A stretch of 64,000 nucleotides of DNA from a virus (IMGVR_UViG_2030936005_000025:96001-160000); one strand, 5' to 3'. Counted from the stretch's first letter, positions 1 through 10,059 are shown. Notes: generated from the letters alone by a model not told the origin. Translations and numbers: made by a program.

Positions 1-1
1 G

Positions 2-559
2 GACGATATCGTTAACAAAACGATCTACATTGTCGTGAACGGTCAGTTGATGGTCGATACCAATATCGTTTATCGTGTTGCTGAGAATCGTGTGGCGATT
101 AACTTAGCCTCTTTTGATGTAGCACATCACTACCTCAATTATAAGGAGTATACACGTACTCCGAAGTTAACTGTCCTCAGTAAGTTTGAAACTTATAAAC
201 GTCAGGCATTATTGGCGCACAACAGTTTCTTTGTTATTGTTGACAATCCAAGCTTAGGGATCGATGTTGTACCATTGACTACCTTCCACTATCCTAACGC
301 CTTGCATACCAGCGATCGCTTCCAGCATCCAGTTGTGCTAGACAATGGGATGTTCCCAACGCCGTATATACGGACGTATGGGATTAAACAACGTTTGTTA
401 AACCACGACCTGCGAGTCTATAAAAAATATCCATTTATGACAGCGGGTGCTTTGGGGGGTAACGTCTTGTTAGACGATGCAATCAACCAAGGCGATCCAG
501 GGTCATTATCAAAAGGATGGATGTTTAAGATTCACGGTGTCACATTGAAGGCTTCATAA
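2..559 (+). CDS. C-terminal part of a phage protein, probably virion structural; gene begins before the window
   Basis: The frame is open from base 2 (DDIVNKTIYIVV...) to the stop at 559, which overlaps the next ATG (TAATG). No diagnostic motif. Confidence 0.6.
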   Translation, partial: DDIVNKTIYIVVNGQLMVDTNIVYRVAENRVAINLASFDVAHHYLNYKEYTRTPKLTVLSKFETYKRQALLAHNSFFVIVDNPSLGIDVVPLTTFHYPNALHTSDRFQHPVVLDNGMFPTPYIRTYGIKQRLLNHDLRVYKKYPFMTAGALGGNVLLDDAINQGDPGSLSKGWMFKIHGVTLKAS

Positions 560-1014
560 TGGAAAGTAAATTAAAAGCACTGAATACAATAGCACTCTGG
601 TTAATTGTGTTTTTTGTAGGTGGTTATCTTATTTTCAAACCAAGCAGTAATCTCGATAAAGAAACCGTAACGCGTTTGACTGCGGTTGTTGACAAACTGG
701 GTGTTGCGTCAGAGAACATGACCAAGCTTGCTGACTCTCAGCGAGATTGGTTTAATAATCTACAACAGCAAGCGTCCCAAGGTGAAGTACTTCGTAATAA
801 CAATTATGGGACTCTCTATGAAAAGTATGGTTACAAAAATGCAGCGGATACTCTTGGGAATGGGTCTCCTTCTCTTGATGACCTTTACCATCAGCGGGTG
901 CTCGAGCAAACCGACGATCTCAACGGCCAACACTTACGTGGAGTCGAAAACCCAGATCGAAAAGATGGAGCTGTACAAAAGCCAAATAGCAAACCTAAAG
1001 AACAGTCTCATTAG
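559..1014 (+). CDS. Candidate i-spanin (Rz-like inner-membrane protein)
   Basis: Single N-terminal TM helix (IALWLIVFFVGGYLIF) followed by a helical/coiled-coil periplasmic region; a lipoprotein gene overlaps its 3' part in another frame. Confidence 0.65.
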   Translation: MESKLKALNTIALWLIVFFVGGYLIFKPSSNLDKETVTRLTAVVDKLGVASENMTKLADSQRDWFNNLQQQASQGEVLRNNNYGTLYEKYGYKNAADTLGNGSPSLDDLYHQRVLEQTDDLNGQHLRGVENPDRKDGAVQKPNSKPKEQSH

Positions 1015-1348
1015 CATTCCGTCTAACGTTTATACGAAAGACTGGAAGGTAAGAGAGTCAAACGTTGGGAAGTTGGATTACTATCTTTCTAACAACGACT
1101 GTCAAGCACAGGCTGACTTCAAGGGATGTTATCGTGAAACCCGTCTTGTCCTGATTACCACGACAAAAGAACTTGATGCTGCGAATGAACAGATCAACCT
1201 TTTGAATCAGGTTGTTGATCGATTATCAGGGAATGTTGAAGCTGTCATTGATAACCTTGATGACGCTAAAGCAGAACAAATAAACCTTAAAGATAAGGTG
1301 GTTGCCAAAGTAACGGATAACGCCAAGGCACTGCTCGATAAAAAATAA
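818..1348 (+). CDS. Candidate o-spanin (Rz1-like outer-membrane lipoprotein)
   Basis: GGGA lies 7 nt before ATG 818. Signal peptide MKSMVTKMQRILLGMGLLLLMTFTISG|C ends in a lipobox Cys; two further Cys and a C-terminal coiled coil follow. Overlaps the i-spanin candidate. Confidence 0.7.
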   Translation: MKSMVTKMQRILLGMGLLLLMTFTISGCSSKPTISTANTYVESKTQIEKMELYKSQIANLKNSLISIPSNVYTKDWKVRESNVGKLDYYLSNNDCQAQADFKGCYRETRLVLITTTKELDAANEQINLLNQVVDRLSGNVEAVIDNLDDAKAEQINLKDKVVAKVTDNAKALLDKK

Positions 1349-1361
1349 AACAAGCATACTA

Positions 1362-1390
1362 CTCTACTCTCCCGTAATGGGAGAGTAGAG
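1362..1390. terminator. CTAC/GTAG-family hairpin at a convergent junction
   Basis: CTCTACTCTCCC-gtaat-GGGAGAGTAGAG, perfect 12-bp stem between the stops at 1348 (+) and 1396 (-). Confidence 0.8.
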
Positions 1391-1395
1391 GTATG

Positions 1396-2070
1396 TTAAC
1401 TTTTTGTTGAAAGCATACTTGCCAGTCGATCACGCCAAACATTGATAGCACTCGTTCCTTTAATAACGGCGTTCAGTGTAGCGTTAGCACGTACGAAGTT
1501 CCAAGACGTGATGATAGGTCCGATTACGATCATGAACAGTTGTCCATCACCAGGAAGCGGGTGTCCACCAATCATTGAGTCATGGATAGTCCATGTAAAC
1601 AACAAGCTACAGAAACAGATAACATGAGTAGAGATCGTTCCTGCAATTGCACGAAGCAATACAGTAGTCGGTCCAACTATTTCACGCTCAAAAGCAATAT
1701 CGTGTTGTGAGACAATACCGGGAGCAGGAGCCACCACTACAGAAGGTTGTGCAGGTAATACGGCACCATCTCCAGCAGGTCGTCCTTCCACTTCATCGGT
1801 CACACCAACGATCGTTGATATAATAGATTTTGCATTAACAAAGTTGATCGTGATAATGATAGGACCAATGATCATTAACAACCCGGTCATAAACTCTGGC
1901 CAGGAAGCTTTACCGGTTGTCACACTTAAGTGAACAGACCAGATAAAGACCACACTCATCACGGACACTGTTAAGCACGAATTAAACCCGGAGATCGCCC
2001 GGAGTACAACCGGAATACGATCCCAAGGTTTAACTTCGTATTTGGTTCTAACTTTTAAGGCTGGTGCCAT
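1396..2070 (-). CDS. Multi-pass membrane protein with an internal duplication; holin candidate
   Basis: Two repeated 2-TM modules (LMIIGPIIITINFVNA and FMIVIGPIITSWNFVRA) joined by a Pro-rich linker; adjacent to the spanin pair. Start may be 2079 or 2070. Confidence 0.55.
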   Translation of the reverse strand: MAPALKVRTKYEVKPWDRIPVVLRAISGFNSCLTVSVMSVVFIWSVHLSVTTGKASWPEFMTGLLMIIGPIIITINFVNAKSIISTIVGVTDEVEGRPAGDGAVLPAQPSVVVAPAPGIVSQHDIAFEREIVGPTTVLLRAIAGTISTHVICFCSLLFTWTIHDSMIGGHPLPGDGQLFMIVIGPIITSWNFVRANATLNAVIKGTSAINVWRDRLASMLSTKS

Positions 2071-2623
2071 CGAACACATCCCAACCTAAGTCTTTGTAAT
2101 ACTGCACTGCAATGTACAACGCAATGAGGATTCCGTCGCATGCATCCCAGGTCAACTTATCCAGATCAAAACCATTGAGATCCAGGAAAGGACATTTCTT
2201 TAATCCTTCCCGTACATCGTCTTTGGTGGATCCGGTAAAATCCGCATCTACAATCTTTTTGGCTAAACGCGGCAATACTAATTTGAAAGGGGTATCTGCT
2301 TTATTCGTCACCGTATAGATGTTCAAATAAGAGACCACTTCGATGAGTCGCTTAAAACTCGCTGGGTTAGGTCCTAAGAAGTTATCTTCGCAACCCACTA
2401 CATCTGGGTCGATCATATCAAACACATGCCCATATGCCCTTGTGAGACCTTTGGCACGCACTTGAGCCTGACTATCAGCGCGAACCCCAAACTCATTGTA
2501 TTCACCGTTTAAGGTATCCACATAAATCAGTTTGAATTTCTTACGCTCATAACAGTCTAATTCTAAAGCCCCTGCGCCCAGCTGACCTGTCGCTGGATCT
2601 ATCCCTAAAATTTTAACACTCAT
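2048..2623 (-). CDS. ruvC: RuvC-like Holliday junction resolvase
   Basis: RNase H-fold catalytic motifs ILGIDP, VVGCEDNF and DACDGILIA. Confidence 0.85.
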   Translation of the reverse strand: MSVKILGIDPATGQLGAGALELDCYERKKFKLIYVDTLNGEYNEFGVRADSQAQVRAKGLTRAYGHVFDMIDPDVVGCEDNFLGPNPASFKRLIEVVSYLNIYTVTNKADTPFKLVLPRLAKKIVDADFTGSTKDDVREGLKKCPFLDLNGFDLDKLTWDACDGILIALYIAVQYYKDLGWDVFDGTSLKS

Positions 2624-2627
2624 AGTC

Positions 2628-3251
2628 TTATCTCACAACAAGTGCATGGAGACGAGATTCTCCATACATCATTAACTCCACCACAGCTAAACATTTAGCC
2701 TGGGTATTGAAGTTATAAACGCCCGGAGCATCCGCACCTTTACCGAAGTATCTGAGTACGAAATACGCCGTCGTGCATCCCTGACTTGGATTCGAGGTAA
2801 AACCATCACCGATAGTGTAGTTGTTTAACAAGGTCATCAATTTGTATGCCTTGTCACCACCTACCAGACCTGAGTCATAACGTACGTCTAAACGCACATC
2901 TTTTAAGAACTCAAGTTCTTTTTCGCTATTTATTACAATCCCAAAATTCTTGATGACTTCATCAAAAATAAATGCCTTGGGATGATCAACAGTTTCATTG
3001 ATCGAAGAAACCACTTTACCGCTTTGTGAATCAATGACGGCCCAAGCTAATTCCCCTGTGTTCACATCGACAATGTCGAGTGCCAGCAATCCATCGCTGT
3101 TTGTAAATGCTAAACGATCCTCATAACGATTGGGATCGAGTGCCAACCCGTATTTATCGTTAATGCTGGCGATAATTGCCTTAACGGTTGACCATTTACT
3201 CAGAGTAATATCCAAAGGGGATTCAGGTTGGGACTTATCAACATCGGCCAT
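2628..3251 (-). CDS. Hypothetical protein, probably virion structural
   Basis: 207-aa ORF with SD (AAGGA) in a late structural gene block. Confidence 0.6.
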   Translation of the reverse strand: MADVDKSQPESPLDITLSKWSTVKAIIASINDKYGLALDPNRYEDRLAFTNSDGLLALDIVDVNTGELAWAVIDSQSGKVVSSINETVDHPKAFIFDEVIKNFGIVINSEKELEFLKDVRLDVRYDSGLVGGDKAYKLMTLLNNYTIGDGFTSNPSQGCTTAYFVLRYFGKGADAPGVYNFNTQAKCLAVVELMMYGESRLHALVVR

Positions 3252-3268
3252 AATAAGTCCCTTCCTTA

Positions 3269-4201
3269 TTAGCTACCGGTATTAGCTGCAGCGATAGCGT
3301 CAGCACCAACCAGAAGCGGAATCGAGTTACCGTACCAGAAGAACCATGGCATCTTGTTATTTGCGTTAGCATCGCGTGCATATGCTTCAGTGATCTGATA
3401 AGCCACTGTACAAGAAGAAAGTTCTTTGTAGTCTACTGATGCGCCGCTATCAACCTGACCATCGTTGGTCGTTTCGATACCGTAGCACATGTAAACTTCG
3501 TTGATCGCTGCTTTACCTTCGTCGTTAAACAGAATACGACAGACGTTACGCAGTTCTTCCAGATCGTTGCTGTCCAGAGACAAATCGATCTTACCAGTAC
3601 CGTTGATATAGGTATTGGTGATTGGTACGTTGTTGCTTGAGCTAAGCTGATACGGCACTGGACTCAAATCGACTTCACGTGGTACATATTCACGTTCGGT
3701 TTCATTACCAGTAGCTGGATCGCGTTCACCCACCTTCATGGTTGGATCAAACTCAGTGAAGCCAGCCAGTTTCAGCCAGTACAGAATGTAGATGTCATCA
3801 CCGATCTTACGGACTTCGCGAATACGATAGTTATCGCGAACAGTAGGATCCAGATCATTACCCAACTTACGAGCAACCATCGGGATACCATAAAACGGAG
3901 CAAAGTCAACTGCTTTGTGTTGGTAGACCTGACGGCCTTCAAGACCAAAGCTATCTTGACCAATAGCGCGTGAACCACCGATGCCCACACCAAAGTAACC
4001 CAGTTGGAAATCACGACCTTTCTTACGGCCCAGTGATTCATCTGCCAGAATGTTGAACTTCTCATTCAGCGTGGTGTTCTTTAGAATGTTAACGGTTTGG
4101 TTGCAAGATAATGCCGCATTGATAATCAGACCCATACCGGTTGCAGATACCAACTGGTTAGGTAACTTCTGGCTATCACGACCTGAGGAATCAGCCATCA
4201 T
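3269..4201 (-). CDS. Conserved chimallivirus virion (tail/baseplate) protein
   Basis: Start revised to ATG 4201 (AAGGAAAT SD). Beta-rich sequence (AINEVYMCYG); position next to the portal block as in phiKZ-like phages (inference). Confidence 0.6.
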   Translation of the reverse strand: MMADSSGRDSQKLPNQLVSATGMGLIINAALSCNQTVNILKNTTLNEKFNILADESLGRKKGRDFQLGYFGVGIGGSRAIGQDSFGLEGRQVYQHKAVDFAPFYGIPMVARKLGNDLDPTVRDNYRIREVRKIGDDIYILYWLKLAGFTEFDPTMKVGERDPATGNETEREYVPREVDLSPVPYQLSSSNNVPITNTYINGTGKIDLSLDSNDLEELRNVCRILFNDEGKAAINEVYMCYGIETTNDGQVDSGASVDYKELSSCTVAYQITEAYARDANANNKMPWFFWYGNSIPLLVGADAIAAANTGS

Positions 4202-4208
4202 ATTTCCT

Positions 4209-4466
4209 TTAATTAATGTACTTACGATATTTAATTTTAAATTGACCGCAGTAAATCGGGCAGTCTGGACAGATACAAATAAGGTATCCGCCAGGAACTG
4301 ATTTAATCGATTCAATATCAGTGGAATAGAGTTCGGTTCCTATAAAAGAACGAACAAGTCTCACAACATCCGAAGGGGTAATTTCCTCTATAGATGTCTT
4401 GAGACTGTGTTTCGTAATATAGGCCAAATTCTTTTTAGTGGGGGAGGGTGTTCTCCACTTCGCCAT
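4209..4466 (-). CDS. Small hypothetical protein, probably virion structural
   Basis: About 85 aa; C-terminal motif LICICPDCPIYCGQFKIK resembles segments in ORFs 26293 and 28617. Confidence 0.5.
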   Translation of the reverse strand: MAKWRTPSPTKKNLAYITKHSLKTSIEEITPSDVVRLVRSFIGTELYSTDIESIKSVPGGYLICICPDCPIYCGQFKIKYRKYIN

Positions 4467-6579
4467 TATCGACAACTTCTTTTAATGTCATACTGTTATT
4501 GAGATAAACGTTGTTGACACCAGGTTCATAGTCAATAGGCTTAAGGGTCATCGCGTTACTCAGTCTTGCATGGCCGATGGATTCAGCCACAAACTGGAAC
4601 GGTACATCACCACCCACAGCAAAGGTTAGCTCTCGTGCTTCAAGATCAGCCTGTGGCTTCACGGTCATCGCATTAGAGAGGAACTCAGCGCTGGTATACT
4701 CCAACCCAGTCTCGCCATTTTTGTGCCAATAATCCCCATCCATCAACATCATGTATGGAAGGTTAAATTGACCCTCAGCCGTTACAGTACTTCCGATGTA
4801 TTGAACAGTATAACTGGTGAGATCTTTCATCAGGTTGATCAGGAGACGTTGTTGTTCCCCCACACTGACAATGCTGTTATCTTCCCAGCCGGTGACTTTA
4901 CTCCAGATTGACCATGCATAATCCAGACATTCATCTGGTGTGTAGTCAAGGAAATCAATATCCATCTTGGTCAGGAATTCATCGTACGTCGTGTAGTTGC
5001 CAATCTTAGCAAGACCATCGGCATAACACGCACTAACTGCGTTCTGACGACGTGAACTGATGAAGAGGTTATTCACCTGCGAATATAACTTCTTGTGTTT
5101 CCACATCGCAGTTTGAACTTCCTGACATTTCTGGAAGAAGGTATCTGGAGAAATTAATGTAGGGAAATCCACATGCACTTTCAGAATGTTTTCACACACT
5201 TCTTTGGTGAGGATTTCATAACCACCCAATGTCTGGAGTTCTGCAAGGGTTGGATCAACCAACTTACGAACATGCCAGTAATTGTATTCAGGGATATTTC
5301 CTGGACGAGTAATACCTCGTGCACGATCAATGAGATAATGCCAGAGGATAACACTCTCTGTGGTAGTCATACGTGTTGCCTTCCCAGTACGGGAGTCAAC
5401 CACGTCTACATTAATATTGTACAGTCCTTCAGAAGTTAAATAAATCCATTCGTTATGCAGAACACGCATAATACGATCAGGATCTCGGTTCGTGGTATCA
5501 GTAAGATTCGATTCCAATACCTTGGTCGGTACATCTGAATGAAGGGAGTACTTGATCGCAGATTCTGCATCAACGGTTGTTAGAGCTGCAGCTTGTTCGT
5601 TATCCAATGCCAAAGGAAGTTCTTTAGCGATCAATTCAGGAACAGTCCAGAGCTTGGTATCCACGCCATACGTTTCGGTCAAGTTAATAGGACGACTTAA
5701 CACATACGGCGCAGGTTCCAGGTTTTCCGTCATGTCTTCGGTTGACTGGATAACTTCATAACGAATCAGTGGAATGTTGCGATCGGTCAATACCTTTTTA
5801 AGTACCAGATCAAAAGCTTTCCGACGCCCCAGAATACGAAGTACGTATTCAAGATTGTGATAAAGCCACATTGTCTGATCTCGGTTAATGACATTCTTAT
5901 AAACGTCAGAAAGACCGAGCGAACGCAACCGGCTCCAGATGTAGAATTCGTGCGCATAGCGAGTTCCGTCAGCTTCTTTACGAATCATCAGAATAGCACT
6001 AACCAACATCCCGTATAACTGAGCAAGTAAAGCTGGCAACATAAGGTTGTCAGTATAAACATACTCTGTCTTAAATGATCCGTTCACATTGGCATTGATC
6101 TGATCTTGCAAATAAGGAATCAATTGATATTCATTCCACAATACGTAGTCAGTATTATATCGCAGGATTTGGTAATCATTTGCCGAGACTGATTCACTAG
6201 GCGGTATAGGGTTTAGAATGCCATTGATTAAAATCGATTGGCCGGGGTATTCACTCACAAGTCTTGTGTAGTAATAACTCCCTAAACGGTAAGCGCGTTT
6301 GGTTGCAGTATGAATGGCCAGGTTAGCTTTAGTGAAATCAATTGTCTCACCATTATCCAACGACTGAACAGTCATCATCTGATCCATGACTTGATGGTAT
6401 TCGCCATTCAAGTTTAGATAATACTTCCATTTGCTTTTATCAGTACCCGCATCAATGTTGTAGTACTGTTTAAGCTGCTGATTATCTAATATGGCGAGTG
6501 CTTCACACTTTATGATTATCGTTCGAGCGAACGCTATCGTATTCAGTATGTAAGCTTTAAACTCGGTATTATTAAGCAT
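4435..6579 (-). CDS. Large virion structural protein (probable phiKZ gp128-like baseplate component)
   Basis: Start revised to ATG 6579 (AGGA SD). About 714 aa, divergent from the probable portal gene; assignment by size and synteny. Confidence 0.6.
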   Translation of the reverse strand: MLNNTEFKAYILNTIAFARTIIIKCEALAILDNQQLKQYYNIDAGTDKSKWKYYLNLNGEYHQVMDQMMTVQSLDNGETIDFTKANLAIHTATKRAYRLGSYYYTRLVSEYPGQSILINGILNPIPPSESVSANDYQILRYNTDYVLWNEYQLIPYLQDQINANVNGSFKTEYVYTDNLMLPALLAQLYGMLVSAILMIRKEADGTRYAHEFYIWSRLRSLGLSDVYKNVINRDQTMWLYHNLEYVLRILGRRKAFDLVLKKVLTDRNIPLIRYEVIQSTEDMTENLEPAPYVLSRPINLTETYGVDTKLWTVPELIAKELPLALDNEQAAALTTVDAESAIKYSLHSDVPTKVLESNLTDTTNRDPDRIMRVLHNEWIYLTSEGLYNINVDVVDSRTGKATRMTTTESVILWHYLIDRARGITRPGNIPEYNYWHVRKLVDPTLAELQTLGGYEILTKEVCENILKVHVDFPTLISPDTFFQKCQEVQTAMWKHKKLYSQVNNLFISSRRQNAVSACYADGLAKIGNYTTYDEFLTKMDIDFLDYTPDECLDYAWSIWSKVTGWEDNSIVSVGEQQRLLINLMKDLTSYTVQYIGSTVTAEGQFNLPYMMLMDGDYWHKNGETGLEYTSAEFLSNAMTVKPQADLEARELTFAVGGDVPFQFVAESIGHARLSNAMTLKPIDYEPGVNNVYLNNSMTLKEVVDNGEVENTLPH

Positions 6580-6607
6580 AAAGGTTCCTGTAAGGAGAAT
6601 CCTGTCA

Positions 6608-9469
6608 ATGACCACCAATACTCAACAGTTACCTAATGGGTATAAACCTGTTGACAAAACGAAGATAAAAGGAAGGCTTAAGAATCTCTCTCCTTTAGAT
6701 CAAGGTTTACGTTCTTTATTAGTGAAAGATCCTGAAACTAAAAGCGAACGTCAGATCGAGGAAAAGAGTAAGCCTCCCCTTTCGAAAGTCAAGAGTATCT
6801 CTGACATAATCAGTAATAATATCCAGGCCACTACTGACCTGCGCACAATTACTCATTATATCAAACGCGCGGAACAGATCTGGACGACTCTGTTGATGAA
6901 GCCGAATGGGGATCAGCGTCAGTTATTGATTTATGACACTGAGAGTTCTGAGGTAAAGAACGGTAAACTGCACGAACTGTTATTACAGAAAGTGGAGAAC
7001 TACTTTACAACAAAATTCCCCTTCGAAGAGATGGCTCCTCAAATTATTAAAGATGTCCTTTTCCGTACCGGTTCATACGTTTATGTGAACATGAGCCACG
7101 CGGTTTTGGACCACTTGATCAACGGTATGGAGATCGTTGGGACAGAGTCATTTAAGCAAAACACTGACTATATCTTGGGTCAGCATTTTGTTGAAAAGAA
7201 CTGGAAGAAGGCACGTAACATTGGTTTCATTCGTGAGAAGAAGAAAGAAACTCATGCAATGGAAGGTTTGGAATCTCTCTACGGTGGAGCGATTCAACGT
7301 GACCCTGAATACAATCTGGTTCATGCTGATTTAAACTGGACCTTTACTGATAACCCAGTAGTACTGAAGGTTGGTGAACTTGCCCAGGTTATGCGTGAAG
7401 AACGCCTGAAGAATGCAGCGGGTATGGAGGGTCTTAACTCTGCCATTAACAATGTGTTCAAAAAGGAAAAGGGTAAACGTCACAAGGCTAACAACAACCA
7501 CATTAATGCACCAGACCGTAAAGGGTTATCGGAAGCATTGGCTGAGTTGTATCCCAACCGCAACTATAACCAAATGGAATCTCTGTCTGTTCGTAAAGGC
7601 AAGTTCTATACGGGTAATGGTCGCGGTATTGGTATCGGACAACACTGGCCTTCTGAGTCGTGCATCACGGTTAACTTGAACGGTGAAATTGGTAAACCTT
7701 TCGGTGTGATTCTGTTAACGGATCCTGACACTGGTTCTCCATTGAAAACCGTCAGTGATGTTAAGTTCTATCAGACCGCCAAAGAGAACGGCGTTCAGAA
7801 AGGTCCTGCCGTTAACTCTATCAACGACGTTATCCAGCATATCCGTACGGTTGCCTCAGGCGGTGAATGTACTGAAGACATGGCCTGGATGGCTGAGTTT
7901 GCTTCTGCTACATTAGAGAAAGAATTCATCCAGGGTTTCCTCAACGGTGATCTTCAAAAGGATGTTTCTATCTCACTGACTGAAGAGAACAAGAAGCTGT
8001 TCTTGTCTCGTGCTCTGAAGTCTCAAGGTGTGCGTGCAATCTTCGTTCCTTATGAATATGTGACTTACGTCGCAACAGACTTTAACCGTTTAGGTTCTGG
8101 TCGTTCATTGGTTGATGAAGCGAAACTCCACATCACTCGTTTGGCGGTATTGGACACAGCAAGTGCATTGGCACAGGTTGAGAACTCTATCTCTCATACT
8201 CTCTTGGAGATTACCCCGGAAGAGGAAGATGTAGACATTCGTAACACGGTCTCCTTGATTCGTGATGAATGGTTCTCAGGCAACCCAACCTTGCATGATA
8301 TCCTGGGTTACAACAACGTTTCTATCGATGCGATCTTGGACCGTTTTAAAGAACAGTCCGTGACCGTTAAAGTCAATGCCTCGAATAACCCTCATACGGT
8401 TAACACAGAGGTTACCGCTTCTCAAATGGAGCGTGAACCATTGAAGTCTATCGACCCAGAATCACGTGAAACCTTATTGAATACCGTTGCTGGTTTCTTT
8501 GGTTTAAAACGTAGCTGGTTAGAGGACACCGGTGAAGGTAATGACTTTGCGATTGAAGCATTAGCCGATCAGGAACTGCTTCGTAACCAGACCAACGAAT
8601 ACTCTCGTCAGTTCTCTGGCTTCTTTACTGATATCATGCGCAAACACATGCGTGTCAATGAGCCATTAATTGGTGAATTGGTCGACATCATTAAAGAGAA
8701 CAAAACACTTTATGAGAAACCTGACCAGACAGGTAACTTAGAAGTGAAAGAAGATACTGCTGAGAAGATCAATAAGTCTGGCGATGACGATACCGAAGTT
8801 GATGATCTTGAACAGATTGAATTGGTCTTGAAAGACTTCTTGAATACGTTCTATGTTCTTCTGCCTACTCCAGCTATTACCGATTCACTGGTGAAACTGG
8901 AAGACAAGATTGAAGCCGTTGAGAAACTGGTTGAGTCTTGGGTGAACTTGGGTGGCGGTTCTAAGATGCTGAAACGTCGTGCAGAGGAAGCAGGTCTTGT
9001 TGGAGACGATATCGTTGAGAACATGAAAGCTATCCTTCTGAATGAAGCCTTTGAACGCTTCAACTTACCAATGCCATTCGAAGCTATCTTGAACAAAGGT
9101 AAGACTGGCGGTATGATGACGTACATCAACAAGGCTGTTGATTTGGATAGTAACGTGTTGGCGTTCTTGACTGAGTGGGCTAAGGGCATTGAGAAGAATA
9201 GCAATAAAGCCACTAAGCTTAAAGAGCGTGTTGACAAAGCTAACTCACCGGATGACTTAGATGCTCTGCCAGCAGGTGATCCTGACCTTACCGGTGATGC
9301 TTCATTGACCCCTGAAAACGAGGAGATCATTGAAGAACCTAATGGTAGTGAAGAGGTTAAGAGTTTCGATGAGAATGATGAGGCAGCGCAAGCTCAGCAA
9401 TCAGAACTCAATGACGAAACTAAACCTGAAGGTGGTGACGACATCTGGGCTGAACCACCTACAGAGTAA
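6608..9469 (+). CDS. Probable portal protein (phiKZ gp129-like)
   Basis: 953 aa with SD AAGGAG. Several G-x-E sites (VGTESF, EGLESL, AGMEGL) and an acidic C-tail; size and synteny match the chimallivirus portal. Confidence 0.65.
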   Translation: MTTNTQQLPNGYKPVDKTKIKGRLKNLSPLDQGLRSLLVKDPETKSERQIEEKSKPPLSKVKSISDIISNNIQATTDLRTITHYIKRAEQIWTTLLMKPNGDQRQLLIYDTESSEVKNGKLHELLLQKVENYFTTKFPFEEMAPQIIKDVLFRTGSYVYVNMSHAVLDHLINGMEIVGTESFKQNTDYILGQHFVEKNWKKARNIGFIREKKKETHAMEGLESLYGGAIQRDPEYNLVHADLNWTFTDNPVVLKVGELAQVMREERLKNAAGMEGLNSAINNVFKKEKGKRHKANNNHINAPDRKGLSEALAELYPNRNYNQMESLSVRKGKFYTGNGRGIGIGQHWPSESCITVNLNGEIGKPFGVILLTDPDTGSPLKTVSDVKFYQTAKENGVQKGPAVNSINDVIQHIRTVASGGECTEDMAWMAEFASATLEKEFIQGFLNGDLQKDVSISLTEENKKLFLSRALKSQGVRAIFVPYEYVTYVATDFNRLGSGRSLVDEAKLHITRLAVLDTASALAQVENSISHTLLEITPEEEDVDIRNTVSLIRDEWFSGNPTLHDILGYNNVSIDAILDRFKEQSVTVKVNASNNPHTVNTEVTASQMEREPLKSIDPESRETLLNTVAGFFGLKRSWLEDTGEGNDFAIEALADQELLRNQTNEYSRQFSGFFTDIMRKHMRVNEPLIGELVDIIKENKTLYEKPDQTGNLEVKEDTAEKINKSGDDDTEVDDLEQIELVLKDFLNTFYVLLPTPAITDSLVKLEDKIEAVEKLVESWVNLGGGSKMLKRRAEEAGLVGDDIVENMKAILLNEAFERFNLPMPFEAILNKGKTGGMMTYINKAVDLDSNVLAFLTEWAKGIEKNSNKATKLKERVDKANSPDDLDALPAGDPDLTGDASLTPENEEIIEEPNGSEEVKSFDENDEAAQAQQSELNDETKPEGGDDIWAEPPTE

Positions 9470-9494
9470 ACAAAAAAAATAAAGTATAGTGAAA

Positions 9495-9522
9495 CCCTAC
9501 TCACCCATTTGGGTGAGTAGGG
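9495..9522. terminator. CTAC/GTAG-family hairpin at a convergent junction
   Basis: CCCTACTCACCC-attt-GGGTGAGTAGGG, perfect 12-bp stem, with an A-tract to its left. Confidence 0.8.
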
Positions 9523-9528
9523 AATTAC

Positions 9529-10059
9529 TTATGCTTCTTCAGCCAGCACTTCAACGTCAACTGTTGCCAGTTTACCTTTGATGGTGTTCAGGATGCTGTC
9601 GCGCGCAAAGGCAGAACCAACGAATGCTACGTTTGCAGACAGGCTGGTTGCAACCAGTGCGACACCTTCGTGACCGTTAACCTGAGGAACATAGTCAACA
9701 GCAGCGCGTACACCAGAACCTACTACAGCAGCTGCCAGACCCACGCCTGCGATTTCCAGAACAGAATACTGTTTGGCATCGTCACCATGAACGCTTTTCT
9801 CCAGCAGGTTGTTTACCACCATGTCGCCAGTTGACATGATCGCAGACATTGCGCCAGCAGCAGCGATATTGATCCAATCACGTTTGCCAGCTGCTTTCTT
9901 CGCAGCGTTCAGTTTGTCACCTTTGATAACTTCCTGAACCAGCGCGTCAGCTTCTGCTTCTACAGCAGCTTTCTGTTCTGCAGTCAGTACAACTTCTGCA
10001 CCTTCGATTGCAGTGATTTCTTCAGCGGTGTTCTGAGCAGCAGTGTTTACGTTTTTCAT
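9529..10059 (-). CDS. Ala/Gly-rich hydrophobic protein, probably membrane-associated and early
   Basis: AAGGA SD; strongly biased codons; hydrophobic small-residue segments IAGVGLAAAVVGSGV and VALVATSLSANVAFVGSAFA; promoter-like motif upstream. Confidence 0.7.
   Translation of the reverse strand: MKNVNTAAQNTAEEITAIEGAEVVLTAEQKAAVEAEADALVQEVIKGDKLNAAKKAAGKRDWINIAAAGAMSAIMSTGDMVVNNLLEKSVHGDDAKQYSVLEIAGVGLAAAVVGSGVRAAVDYVPQVNGHEGVALVATSLSANVAFVGSAFARDSILNTIKGKLATVDVEVLAEEA

Noticed and set aside
728-817. TTG start extending the lipoprotein to 206 aa
   Set aside because: It places the lipobox too far from the N-terminus; ATG 818 has an SD and gives a normal signal peptide.
2070-2079. Possible holin dual-start motif (Met-Cys-Ser-Met)
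   Set aside because: It lacks the basic residue typical of lambda S107-type antiholin extensions; may be incidental.
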